Of a DNA stretch of 64,000 nt, positions 20,915 through 31,347 are shown in pieces. The notes under the pieces were generated by a model, which was not told the origin of the DNA, searched no databases, and was given only the letters and a program-made list of their open reading frames with translations. Position 1 is the stretch's first letter, and each line of letters opens with the position of its first letter. The stretch is taken from contig OZ253545.1 of the NCBI GenBank assembly GCA_965262615.1, forward strand, positions 1,344,001 through 1,408,000, read 5' to 3'. The position numbers and the translations under genes were made by a program. The stretch comes from Alphaproteobacteria bacterium. GTDB lineage: Bacteria > Pseudomonadota > Alphaproteobacteria > GM7ARS4 > G965262615.

Positions 20915-22399
20915 TCATCTCTGTTGAGCAGGCGGCATGATAGCGTAATAAATCACATGAGGATATTCGTCAATCTTCATGGTCTGCTCTGACAACTGCC
21001 AATTCTTTATGTCTTGGCGAATTCGGTTCTTATGCCAATCATCTTCGGAGAAAACAAAGAACGCTCCTTGTTTTTGCAGCAATTCATCATCTGCTGGCTT
21101 GTTGCGTTGATGGCTGAGCCGCACCTCATCGCCCGCATAGAGTGCCACCACCCCTGCCAAGTGCCCAATACTGCCAAAAACATGATACAGGGGCTGATTG
21201 GATGTTTGTTGTCGCCAGCGGTCTATGATTTTACCGACAATCACCTGAGCATTATTCAAGCGAGGATAGAAGCCAGTCTCAAATGGGTATTTATAGAAGG
21301 GTTCTAATAAGAGAGCCATAGCCAATACTAAAATCACATGGGCACTGTATGTGCACCACCCCGCTCGCACCAGTGCCACCACCACGATGCCCCACAGAGG
21401 ATACATGGGCGATACCCAATGATCAGTCATATTAACAGGGATGATGAGGGTGATGAGAAAAAGGATGATGAACGGCATCAAGGCAAACAGACACAAAAAG
21501 TGCGTGTCTCGTTTCGTCATGTGATGAAATGGATAGGTGAGACGCGTGCGCCATGAAACCAAGCCCGCCAGCAGCACCGCCAGCAGCATGAGTTTTGGGG
21601 TCTTGATGACATTACTCCACACATGATCATCTTCATCTCTACGCCACTGAAGATAGCTCTCAATGGCATGACTGTATTGCCACGCTTGCTCCAAAGGAAT
21701 TGCCGCAATACACAGAAAGATTAGCAATGCAGCGTAGGGATAGGGTGTGGCAAGATGAGCGCGCGCCTCTTTATCCATGAGAGTCCACAGTGCCACCGTT
21801 GCCAGCAATAAAACAATGGAATATTTCGCCCACAGAGCCACCCCCATGACAAAACCCAACAGCAACCACCAACGGTGCTGCCGTGCATCTTGATTCAAAG
21901 GACGCGTGGCATAAAAGGTGAGCAAGGGAATTAACGCCCACAGTGGATATTGAATCACATTGTGATTGACTCCAACCCAAGACCCTTTTTGATACACATA
22001 CAACCCCGTGAGCAACAAGGTGGCGACAAGGGCTTGCACTTTGTCTTTGAGAAGCACAACGCCCATGGCGTAGACCGCACCATAGGTGGCAATCACAAAC
22101 AATTGCGTGATGATATAATAGGCAGGAAATGGCGGCACATCGCCACTGCTCAACAGGTAGTAAAACATATTGACCAGAGGCGGATTGCGCAGTTCAGCCG
22201 CCGCAAATCCAAATTCCCGCACAAGATAAGAGAGGGCAACCGTGTCAAAGGGAGGAATTGGTTTGACAAAAATTCCCATCATCCCCCACCCAAGCACCTG
22301 CAATCCCATGAGCAACACCAAACCGCGTGACGGCTTTTGAACAAAAAAATCTAAAATTTGATAGCCGCGTGTGAGCAATTGTTGTAATGGGCGTTTCAT
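20915..22399 (-). CDS. GT-C-like glycosyltransferase, array gene 5 (subtype B1)
   Basis: REFGF..LRNPPLVN, NHNVIQYP, WAKYS; start at MKRPLQ. Confidence 0.8.
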   Translation of the reverse strand: MKRPLQQLLTRGYQILDFFVQKPSRGLVLLMGLQVLGWGMMGIFVKPIPPFDTVALSYLVREFGFAAAELRNPPLVNMFYYLLSSGDVPPFPAYYIITQLFVIATYGAVYAMGVVLLKDKVQALVATLLLTGLYVYQKGSWVGVNHNVIQYPLWALIPLLTFYATRPLNQDARQHRWWLLLGFVMGVALWAKYSIVLLLATVALWTLMDKEARAHLATPYPYAALLIFLCIAAIPLEQAWQYSHAIESYLQWRRDEDDHVWSNVIKTPKLMLLAVLLAGLVSWRTRLTYPFHHMTKRDTHFLCLFALMPFIILFLITLIIPVNMTDHWVSPMYPLWGIVVVALVRAGWCTYSAHVILVLAMALLLEPFYKYPFETGFYPRLNNAQVIVGKIIDRWRQQTSNQPLYHVFGSIGHLAGVVALYAGDEVRLSHQRNKPADDELLQKQGAFFVFSEDDWHKNRIRQDIKNWQLSEQTMKIDEYPHVIYYAIMPPAQQR

Positions 22400-22400
22400 G

Positions 22401-23912
22401 TCATGGCTCGGCGGGCGGCACAATGGCATAATAAATCACATGAGGATATTCATCAATCTTCATGGTCTGCTCTGGCGCTTGCAAATTTTTTATGACTTGG
22501 CGAAATTTATGACTGTTCCTCTCGCCATCTCGTAAAACAACAAGAGCTCCTCTGTGCCGTTCATTCTCTGCGATACGGGTGTGCGGGAAACCAGCTCCAC
22601 CATAAAGGGACACCAAGCCTCCAAGACTTCCATGAACCCCATACACGACACCAAGGGGCGCGTTGTTTGTCTGAGTCTTCCACTGATTCACAACTTTTTC
22701 GGCGATCACCCAGTGATTATCGCGTTTGGGATAAAATCCGTGTGCCAACGGATAGTAATACACAGGCTTGAGCAACAGCACGATGGCAGCCAGCAGGATT
22801 ATATGAGGGGTATAAGTGCGCCATGTGGAACGCATGATTGCCACCAACACAATTCCCCACAGAGCATACATGGGCAGTAACCAAGAAAAAGCAGGAATAC
22901 CCAGCCGATACACCGACCCCACCACCAAAACCGCAAAAGGCATAAAGGTGATGAACAAGAGAAAGAAACTCCCCCGCCGTGTCATGGAATCGAAGGGATA
23001 CATCAGACGAGTCCGCAATGATATACCTCGTGCCAGCACCGCAACGCCCATCATAGATAAAAACATCACAGCGAATGGAAAGTCGCCATCATAACCACCG
23101 CCAGCTGATTTTGCTGCCGCCACAACATAACGAGCCGTGTCAGCCCAATGATAAAACCCATAATAGATGGGCTTTGCGCCAATCAACAGACACAAAATCA
23201 TGGCAAGGTAGGGATAGACGGTTTTGTAGTGCAGGCGCGCGTCGCGATCAATCAGAGTCCATGCCAACAGTGTGCCATACAGTAGCCCAATGGAGGTTTT
23301 TGTCCAGCACCCCATTCCCAACAACACGCCCAACACCAGCCAAAACCAATGCTGATGAGCTTTTTCACGCAAAGGACGGGTGGCGTAAAAGGTGACGAGA
23401 GGAAGCAACGCCCAAAACGGATACTGCAGCACATTGTGATTGAGTCCCTGCAAATAGCCATGATTGAACCCAGTGCTAGGCGCGCCCTGATACACCCCCA
23501 ACGGAATAAGCAACAATACACAGACAAGGGCATCTCGTTTATTGTTCAGCAACGCCAAACCCATATGATAAACACCAACATATGTGGCAATGACAAACAC
23601 CTGAGCGGCGATGTTCTGAGAATTAACCAACAGTGGCTCGCCGAAATTCAGCCAATGAGTGATCCAGTAAGCCAAAGGCGGATTACGATACCCATCGCCC
23701 CAAAAATCAGCATCAAGATTGCTTCCAGCAAGGGTATGGAGCACAATATCAAAATACGGGATGGGCATGAAGAATGTGACGAGAATTCCCCACCCCACCA
23801 TTTGCAAAACACAAATGAGCAATAACCCGCGCGCTGGCTTTTGAACAAAAAAATCCAACCACCGATAGCCGTATGTCAATAATTGATTGCCGTATGTCAA
23901 AAGTTTATTCAT
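22401..23912 (-). CDS. GT-C-like glycosyltransferase, array gene 6 (subtype A)
   Basis: Paralog with the same motifs. Confidence 0.8.
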   Translation of the reverse strand: MNKLLTYGNQLLTYGYRWLDFFVQKPARGLLLICVLQMVGWGILVTFFMPIPYFDIVLHTLAGSNLDADFWGDGYRNPPLAYWITHWLNFGEPLLVNSQNIAAQVFVIATYVGVYHMGLALLNNKRDALVCVLLLIPLGVYQGAPSTGFNHGYLQGLNHNVLQYPFWALLPLVTFYATRPLREKAHQHWFWLVLGVLLGMGCWTKTSIGLLYGTLLAWTLIDRDARLHYKTVYPYLAMILCLLIGAKPIYYGFYHWADTARYVVAAAKSAGGGYDGDFPFAVMFLSMMGVAVLARGISLRTRLMYPFDSMTRRGSFFLLFITFMPFAVLVVGSVYRLGIPAFSWLLPMYALWGIVLVAIMRSTWRTYTPHIILLAAIVLLLKPVYYYPLAHGFYPKRDNHWVIAEKVVNQWKTQTNNAPLGVVYGVHGSLGGLVSLYGGAGFPHTRIAENERHRGALVVLRDGERNSHKFRQVIKNLQAPEQTMKIDEYPHVIYYAIVPPAEP

Positions 23913-23915
23913 GGG

Positions 23916-25388
23916 TTATCTCCGTTGAGCAGGCGGTAGAATAGCGTAATAAATCACATGAGGATATTCGTCAATCTTCATGCTCTGCTCTGGCAGCTGC
24001 CAATTCTTCATGTCTCGGCGAATTCGGTTCTTGTGCCAATCATCTTCGGAGAAAACAAAGAACGCTCCTTGTTTTTGTAGCAATTCATCATCTGCTGGCT
24101 TGTTGCGTTGATGGCTGAGCCGCGCCTCATCGCCCGCATGGAGAGCCACCACCCCCGCCAAGAGCCCAACATTGCCAAAAATATGATGGAGAGGCTGATT
24201 GGATGTTTGTTGTCGCCAGCGGTCTATAATTTTTTCGCCAATCGCTCGCGAATTATTCAAGCGAGGATAAAAACCTAGCTTGAATGGATGTTGATAGATG
24301 GGCTTTAATAAAACAGCCAGTGCCAATATTAAAATCACATGGGTGCTGTAGTGCCGCCAGCCCGCCCGCACCAGTGCCACCAATAAGAGACTCCACAGAG
24401 GATACATGGCGGATGTCCAATAAAATTTCAGGATCGCATCCATCGCGACTCCAGCCACAAAAAAAACGATGAACGGCATCAATGCAAAGAAGCACAAAAA
24501 ATTTGTCTCTCGTTTTGTCATGGTGTGAAAGGGATAGGTGAGACGCGTCTTCAATGAGATGACCCCAGCGAGCAACACGGCAAGCAGCATGAATTTCGGC
24601 GTGGTGATGACTCTCCACCAAAAATTGTGGCTATCCCCTGTTCCCCATGCCTCAATGGCATGACTGTATTGCCATGCTTGTTCCAAAGGAATCGCCGCAA
24701 CACACAGAAAGATTAACAATGCAGCGTAAGGATATGGCGTAGCAAGATGGGCGCGCGCCTCTTTGTCAATGAGAACCCATAGCCCCACAGTCGCCAGCAG
24801 TATAAAAATGTGATACTTCATCCAGATTGGAATTCCCATGACGAAGCCCAACAATAACCACCAACGATGTTGATGTGCATCTTGACTCAAAGGGCGCGTG
24901 GCATAAAAAGTGAGCAATGGAATCAACGCCCAAAACGGATACATCATCACATCCTGATTGACCCCCACCCAAGTGTATCCCTGATACACATGCAGCCCCA
25001 CCAACAATAAAGTGGCGGCGAGTGCTTGCAATTTGTTTTTAAGAAGCACAACGCCCATCCCATATACCGCGCCATAGGTGGCAATCACAAACAATTGCGC
25101 CACGACATAATGAGGCAACGGCAACAACCCCTCACCCATATTGAGCCAATGATGAACGATATAGACAAGCGGCGGATGTCTTGCTTCATAGGCATCCTCG
25201 CCATAGAGTCCCACGAGTGAATTAAAAAGTATGTCATGGTGCGGGACTGCATTAAAAAAGGTCGCCATGACACCCCATCCCAGCACCTGCAGTCCCATGA
25301 GCAACGCCAAGCCACGACTTGGCTTTTCCACAAAGAAATCCAACAAAAGATACACGCGTTTGAGCAATTGTTGTAATGGGCGTTTCAT
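23916..25388 (-). CDS. GT-C-like glycosyltransferase, array gene 7 (subtype B2)
   Basis: HHDILFNSL, RHPPL, NQDV, WMKYH; start at MKRPLQ. Confidence 0.8.
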   Translation of the reverse strand: MKRPLQQLLKRVYLLLDFFVEKPSRGLALLMGLQVLGWGVMATFFNAVPHHDILFNSLVGLYGEDAYEARHPPLVYIVHHWLNMGEGLLPLPHYVVAQLFVIATYGAVYGMGVVLLKNKLQALAATLLLVGLHVYQGYTWVGVNQDVMMYPFWALIPLLTFYATRPLSQDAHQHRWWLLLGFVMGIPIWMKYHIFILLATVGLWVLIDKEARAHLATPYPYAALLIFLCVAAIPLEQAWQYSHAIEAWGTGDSHNFWWRVITTPKFMLLAVLLAGVISLKTRLTYPFHTMTKRETNFLCFFALMPFIVFFVAGVAMDAILKFYWTSAMYPLWSLLLVALVRAGWRHYSTHVILILALAVLLKPIYQHPFKLGFYPRLNNSRAIGEKIIDRWRQQTSNQPLHHIFGNVGLLAGVVALHAGDEARLSHQRNKPADDELLQKQGAFFVFSEDDWHKNRIRRDMKNWQLPEQSMKIDEYPHVIYYAILPPAQRR

Positions 25389-25389
25389 G

Positions 25390-26907
25390 TCATGGCTCGG
25401 CGGGCGGCACAATGGCGTAATAAATCACATGAGGATATTCGTCAATCTTCATGCTCTGCTCTGGCACTTGCAAAATCTTCATGGCTTGGCGAAGTAGCCC
25501 CGCACCCCAATCAGTATTGTCAAAAACAAAAAGAGCCCCATGACGCTTGAGGTCTTCACTATTCACGGTGGTTTCTTGATTAATAATAGCCTGAGCCCCC
25601 TCAGCACCATCAATGCCTGCATAGAGTGATACCACACCGCCTATTTTTCCATAATCGCCATAGATTTTGACAAGAGGCGCGTTGTTTGTCTGAGTCTTCC
25701 ACTGATTCACAACTTTCTCGCTAATGACCCAGTGATTGTCCGCCTTGGGATAAAATCCGTGTGCCAACGGATAGTAATACACCGGCTTGAGTAGCAGCAC
25801 AACGGCAGCCAATAAAATCACATGAGGGGTATAAGTGCGCCATGTGGAGCGCATGAGTGCCACCAACACAATGCCCCACATGGCATACATGGGCAGTGTC
25901 CAAGAAAAGAGAGCAGATACTTGCCGATACACCGAGCCCACCAAGATTATTGCGAAAGGCACAAAGGTCACAAACAGAAGAAAGAAGCTCAATCGCCCTG
26001 TCATGTGTGCAAAGGGAACCATCAGGCGCGTGTTCATTGATATGCCTCTTGCCACAATCGCCACGCCCACCATATAAGCAAAACTCACCAAAATATGAAT
26101 GGTGCTGTCATGATCTGCCAAATTAAATGCGTTCACAGCAGATGCTCTGCTTAAAACATAATGAGCCCCATCAGACCAATTATGAAGCCCATAATAAATA
26201 GTCATTGACCCAATCAACAGACACAAAATCATGGCAAGGTAGGGATAGACGGTTTTGTAATGCAGGCGCGCCTCACGATCAATCAGAGTCCACACCAACA
26301 GTGTGCCATGAAGTATCCCGATGGAGATTTTTGTCCATAACCCCATTCCTGACAACACGCCCAACACCAACCACCAAAAAGATTGACGCGCTTTTTCACG
26401 CAAAGGACGCGTGGCATAAAAGGTGACGAGAGGAAGCAACACCCAAAACGGATACTGCAGCACATTGTGATTGAGTCCCTGCAAATAACCGTGATTGTAA
26501 TACAGAACGGGAGCTCCCTGATACACCCCCAATGGAATGAGCAACAAAACAGAAACCAAAGCCTGCACTTTGTCTTTGAACAAAGCCAAACCCATATAAT
26601 AAACACCAATATATGTGGTAATGACAAACACCTGCGCGGCGATGTTCTGAGAATTAACCAACAACGGTTCGCCGAAATTCAGCCAATGAGTGACCCAATA
26701 AGCTAACGGCGGATTCACACCGCCCCAACGAGCACCTGTTCCAGCAAAGGTATGGATTAAGATATCAGTATAAGGGATGGGCATGAAAAATGTGACGAGA
26801 ATTCCCCACCCCACCATTTGCAAAACACAAATGAGCACCAACCCGCGCACCGGCTTTTCCACAAAAAAATCCAACCACTGATAGATGCGTGTGGGCAATG
26901 TATTCAT
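25390..26907 (-). CDS. GT-C-like glycosyltransferase, array gene 8 (subtype A)
   Basis: Paralog with the same motifs. Confidence 0.8.
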   Translation of the reverse strand: MNTLPTRIYQWLDFFVEKPVRGLVLICVLQMVGWGILVTFFMPIPYTDILIHTFAGTGARWGGVNPPLAYWVTHWLNFGEPLLVNSQNIAAQVFVITTYIGVYYMGLALFKDKVQALVSVLLLIPLGVYQGAPVLYYNHGYLQGLNHNVLQYPFWVLLPLVTFYATRPLREKARQSFWWLVLGVLSGMGLWTKISIGILHGTLLVWTLIDREARLHYKTVYPYLAMILCLLIGSMTIYYGLHNWSDGAHYVLSRASAVNAFNLADHDSTIHILVSFAYMVGVAIVARGISMNTRLMVPFAHMTGRLSFFLLFVTFVPFAIILVGSVYRQVSALFSWTLPMYAMWGIVLVALMRSTWRTYTPHVILLAAVVLLLKPVYYYPLAHGFYPKADNHWVISEKVVNQWKTQTNNAPLVKIYGDYGKIGGVVSLYAGIDGAEGAQAIINQETTVNSEDLKRHGALFVFDNTDWGAGLLRQAMKILQVPEQSMKIDEYPHVIYYAIVPPAEP

Positions 26908-26910
26908 CTT

Positions 26911-28365
26911 CTATTTCTCAGTGGGCGGCAGGATGGCATAATAAATCACATGAGGAAATTCATCAATCTTCATGCTTTGCTCTGGCAGCTGCCAATTCTT
27001 CATGGCTTGGCGAATTCGGTTCTTCTGCCAATCATCCTCGGAAAAAACAAAGAACAATCCGTCTTTTTGCAACAGTTCATCGTCTGCCGCCTCGTGGTGC
27101 TTGAGAAACCGCACCTCATTGCCGGCAGACATCGCCACCAATCCTCCCAAGCCTCCAGGGCTGCCCAAAACATGAGCTATGGGCTCATTGGATGTTTGTT
27201 GTCGCCAGTTCTCTATAATTTTCTCGGCGACCACCGACGGATTGTTAAAGCGAGGATAAAAAGCCTTCTTGAATGGGTATTGATAGAAGGGCTTCAATAA
27301 GAGAGCCACAGCCAATACTAAAATCACATGAGCACTGTATTTGCGCCACCCTGTTCGCACCAGTGCCACCAATAAGAGACTCCACAGAGGATACATGGAA
27401 GATGTCCAATAAAATTTCAGGTTAGTATCCACCACGACTCCAACCACAAAAAAAACGATGAATGGCATCAATGCAAAGAAGCAAAGGAAATTTGTCTCTC
27501 GTTTTGTCATATTGTGAAAAGGATAGGTGAGACGCGTCTTCAATGAGATGACCCCAGCGAGCAACAGGGCAAGCAGCATGAGTTTCGGCATGGTGATGAC
27601 TCTCCACCAAAAATTTTCGGTATCATGTGGAAATTTTCCATACCCCATAATATCATACCTGTATTGCCATGCTTGTTCTAAAGGAATCGCCGCAACACAC
27701 AGAAAGATTAGCAATGCCCAATAAGGATATGGCGTGACAAGATGGGCGCGCGCCTCTTTGTCCATGAGAACCCATAGCCCCACAGTCACCAGCAGTATAA
27801 AAATGTGATACTTCATCCAGATTGGAATTCCCATGACAAACCCCAACAATAACCACCAACGGGACTGCTGTGCATCTTGACTCAAAGGACGGGTGGCATA
27901 GAAGGTGAGCAATGGAATCAACGCCCAAAACGGAAACATCATCACATCATGATTGACCCCCACCCGAGTATATTCCTGATACACAGGTAGTCCCACCAAC
28001 AATAAAGTGGCAGCCAGAGCTTGCAATTTGTTTTTAAGAAGCACAACGCCCATCCCATATACCGCGCCATAGGTGGCAATGACAAATAATTGCGCCACGA
28101 CATAATGAGGTAACAATAACACCCCCTCACCCATATTGAGCCAATGGTTGAAAGCATAGACAAGCGGCGGATGTCTTTTGTCATCACCGCCATGGAGTCC
28201 CAAAAGAGAATTCAAAGTTATATCATGGTGGGGGGTTGCATGAAAAAAAGTCACCATGACACCCCATCCCAGCACCTGCAATCCCATCAGCAACGCCAAG
28301 CCGCGTGACGGCTTTTCCACAAAAAAATCCAGCAAAAGATACACGCGTTTGAGCACTCTATTCAT
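26911..28365 (-). CDS. GT-C-like glycosyltransferase, array gene 9 (subtype B2)
   Basis: Paralog with the same motifs. Confidence 0.8.
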   Translation of the reverse strand: MNRVLKRVYLLLDFFVEKPSRGLALLMGLQVLGWGVMVTFFHATPHHDITLNSLLGLHGGDDKRHPPLVYAFNHWLNMGEGVLLLPHYVVAQLFVIATYGAVYGMGVVLLKNKLQALAATLLLVGLPVYQEYTRVGVNHDVMMFPFWALIPLLTFYATRPLSQDAQQSRWWLLLGFVMGIPIWMKYHIFILLVTVGLWVLMDKEARAHLVTPYPYWALLIFLCVAAIPLEQAWQYRYDIMGYGKFPHDTENFWWRVITMPKLMLLALLLAGVISLKTRLTYPFHNMTKRETNFLCFFALMPFIVFFVVGVVVDTNLKFYWTSSMYPLWSLLLVALVRTGWRKYSAHVILVLAVALLLKPFYQYPFKKAFYPRFNNPSVVAEKIIENWRQQTSNEPIAHVLGSPGGLGGLVAMSAGNEVRFLKHHEAADDELLQKDGLFFVFSEDDWQKNRIRQAMKNWQLPEQSMKIDEFPHVIYYAILPPTEK

Positions 28366-28368
28366 CTT

Positions 28369-29856
28369 CTATTTCTCGGCTGGCGGCACAATGGCATAAT
28401 AAATCACATGAGGATATTCATCAATCTTCATGCTTTGCTCTGGCACTTGCAAATTTTTTATGACTTGGCGAAATTTATGACTGTGCATCTCACCCTCGCG
28501 AAAAACAACAAGAGCTCCTCTGTGCCGTTCATTCTCTGCGAGACGGTTTTGCGGCAAATCAGCTCCACCATAAAGGGACACCACGCCTCCAAGAATTCCA
28601 TGAACCCCATACACGACACCAAGGGGCGCGTTGTTTGTCTGCCGATTCCATTCATCCATGACTTTTTCGCTAATCACCCAGTGATTGTCGCGTTTGGGAT
28701 AAAATCCGTGTGCCAACGGATAGTAATAAACGGGCTTGAGCAGTAGCAAAACGGCAGCCAATAAAATCACATGAGGGGTATAAGTGCGCCATGTGGAGCG
28801 CATGATTGCCACCAACACAATGCCCAATAACCCATACATGGGCAGTGTCCAAGAAAAAAGTGGAAGCAGCTGCCGATACACCGACCCCACGACCAAAACC
28901 GCAAAAGGCACAAAGGTGACAAATAGGAGAAAAAAGCTATCACGCCGTGTCAGGGAATCGAAGGGATAACAAAGGCGCGTGTTCATTGATATGCCTCGTG
29001 CCACAATCGCCACACTCACCATGGAAGCCAAAATCACCACAATATCAATGGGGTGGTCAAAAACTCTCAAACGAGATGCTCTGCTTAAGACTTCATGAGC
29101 CGTCCCCGTCCAATGATAAAACCCATAATAAATGGGATTCCAGCCAATCAACAGACACAACCCAATGGCAAGGTAGGGATAGACGGTTTTGTAGTGCTGG
29201 CGCGCCTCACGGTCAATCAGAGTCCACACCAATAGAGTGCCATACAGTAGCCCAATGGAAATCTTTGTCCAGCATCCCATTCCCAATAACACGCCCAGTG
29301 CCAGCCACCACCAATGCTGATGAGCTTTTTCACGCAAAGGGCGTGTGGCGTAAAAGGTGACGAGAGGAAGCAAAATCCAAAAAGGATACTGCAACACATT
29401 GTGATTGAGTCCCTGCAAATAGCCATGATTGAACTCAACGATGGGAGATCCCTGATACACCCCCAATGGAATGAGCAACAAAACAGCAACAAGGGCATGA
29501 CTTTTGTTTTTAAGCAAAGCCAGTGCCATGTAATACACCCCAATGTATGTGGCAATGACAAACAATTGAGCGGCGATGTGATGTGGATACACGAGCAATG
29601 GTTCGCCAAAATTCAGCCAATGGGTGAGCAAATAAGCTGTCGGCGGATGACGATACCAATCGCCCCAAAAATCAGCATCAGGATTTCTTCCAAAAAAGGT
29701 ATGGATCACAATATCATAATACGGGATGGGCATGAAAAATGTGACGAGAATCCCCCACCCCACCATTTGCAAAACACAAATGAGCAATAACCCGCGCGCT
29801 GGCTTTTGCACAAAAAAATCCAACCAAAGATACACGCGTGTGAGCACTCTATTCAT
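28369..29856 (-). CDS. GT-C-like glycosyltransferase, array gene 10 (subtype A)
   Basis: Paralog with the same motifs. Confidence 0.8.
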   Translation of the reverse strand: MNRVLTRVYLWLDFFVQKPARGLLLICVLQMVGWGILVTFFMPIPYYDIVIHTFFGRNPDADFWGDWYRHPPTAYLLTHWLNFGEPLLVYPHHIAAQLFVIATYIGVYYMALALLKNKSHALVAVLLLIPLGVYQGSPIVEFNHGYLQGLNHNVLQYPFWILLPLVTFYATRPLREKAHQHWWWLALGVLLGMGCWTKISIGLLYGTLLVWTLIDREARQHYKTVYPYLAIGLCLLIGWNPIYYGFYHWTGTAHEVLSRASRLRVFDHPIDIVVILASMVSVAIVARGISMNTRLCYPFDSLTRRDSFFLLFVTFVPFAVLVVGSVYRQLLPLFSWTLPMYGLLGIVLVAIMRSTWRTYTPHVILLAAVLLLLKPVYYYPLAHGFYPKRDNHWVISEKVMDEWNRQTNNAPLGVVYGVHGILGGVVSLYGGADLPQNRLAENERHRGALVVFREGEMHSHKFRQVIKNLQVPEQSMKIDEYPHVIYYAIVPPAEK

Positions 29857-29859
29857 CTT

Positions 29860-31344
29860 CTATTTCTCGGCGGGTGGCAGAATGGCATAATAAATCACAT
29901 GAGGATATTCATCAATCTTCATGGTCTGCTCTGGCACTTGCAGACGCTTTATGGTTTCTCGTATCGGATTTTTCGCCCAGTCATAATCATGAAAAACAAA
30001 AAGCACCCCTCTATGAAGGTCATTGTCTCTTACAGAATGTTTAAGCGTCGCAGCACTGTTATAAAGGGATACCAGCCCTCCAAGAATAACACTCCCATAC
30101 ACAATGCCAATGGGGGTGTTTTGCGTCTGCTTGTTCCATTCATCGGTGATTTTCTCGGCGATCACCCAGTGATTATCGCGTTTGGGATAAAATCCGTTTA
30201 CCAAAGGATAGTAATAGACAGGCTTGAGCAACAACACGATGGCTGCCAGTAAGATCACATGAGGGGTATAAGTGCGCCATGTGGAACGCATGATTGCCAC
30301 CAAAACGATTCCCAATAGGGCATACATGGGCTGTGTCCAAGAAAAATAAGGAAATATTTGCCAATACACCAACCCCACCAAGATCATTGCAAAGGGGACA
30401 AATGTCACAAACAGAAGAAAGAAGCTCAATCGCCGTGTCAGACGCGCGAAAGGATACATCAGGCGCGTGTTCATTGATATGCCTCGTGCCACAATCGCCA
30501 CGCCCACCATGGAAGCCAAAATCACCACAATATCAATGGGGTGGTCAAAAACGAGCAAACGAGATGCTCTGCGGAAGACATAATGAGCCGTATCCGCCCA
30601 ATGATACAACCCATAATAAATGGGCATTGCCCCAATCAACAGACACAAAATAATGGCAAGGTAGGGATAGACGGTTTTGTAGTGCCCACGCGCCTCACGG
30701 TCAATCAGAGTCCACACCAATAGAGTGCTGTAAAGCAGCCCAATGGAAATCTTTGTCCAGCACCCCATTCCCAACAACACCCCCAACACCAGCCAAAACC
30801 AATGCTGATGAGCTTTTTCGCTCAAAGGACGCGTGGCATAGAAAGTCGCAAGAGGAAGCAACACCCAAAAAGGATACTGCAACACATTATGATTAAGACC
30901 CTGCAAATAACCATAAGAAAACTCGGTAACAGGCGCGCCCTGATACACTCCCAATGGAATAAGCAATAAAACAGAAACCAAAGCCTGCACTTTGTCTTTG
31001 AACAAAGCCAAGCCCATGTGATACACCCCGATATATGTGACAATGACAAACAATTGGGCGGCAATGTTGTGAGGATACACCAGCAACGGCTCGCCAAAAT
31101 TCAGCCAATGAGTGAGCCAGTAAGCCAAAGGCGGATTACGATAATCCTCGCCCCCAAAATCAGCATCAGGATCGCTTGCAAAAAAGGTATGGAGCAAGAT
31201 ATCATAATAGGGTATGGGCATGAAGAATGTGACGAGAATGCCCCATCCCACCATTTGCAAAGCACAGATGAGCACCAACCCGCGCACCGGCTTTTCCACA
31301 AAGAAATCCAACCACCGATAGCCGTGTGCCAACAATCTATTCAT
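29860..31344 (-). CDS. GT-C-like glycosyltransferase, array gene 11 (subtype A)
   Basis: Paralog with the same motifs. Confidence 0.8.
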   Translation of the reverse strand: MNRLLAHGYRWLDFFVEKPVRGLVLICALQMVGWGILVTFFMPIPYYDILLHTFFASDPDADFGGEDYRNPPLAYWLTHWLNFGEPLLVYPHNIAAQLFVIVTYIGVYHMGLALFKDKVQALVSVLLLIPLGVYQGAPVTEFSYGYLQGLNHNVLQYPFWVLLPLATFYATRPLSEKAHQHWFWLVLGVLLGMGCWTKISIGLLYSTLLVWTLIDREARGHYKTVYPYLAIILCLLIGAMPIYYGLYHWADTAHYVFRRASRLLVFDHPIDIVVILASMVGVAIVARGISMNTRLMYPFARLTRRLSFFLLFVTFVPFAMILVGLVYWQIFPYFSWTQPMYALLGIVLVAIMRSTWRTYTPHVILLAAIVLLLKPVYYYPLVNGFYPKRDNHWVIAEKITDEWNKQTQNTPIGIVYGSVILGGLVSLYNSAATLKHSVRDNDLHRGVLFVFHDYDWAKNPIRETIKRLQVPEQTMKIDEYPHVIYYAILPPAEK

Positions 31345-31347
31345 CTT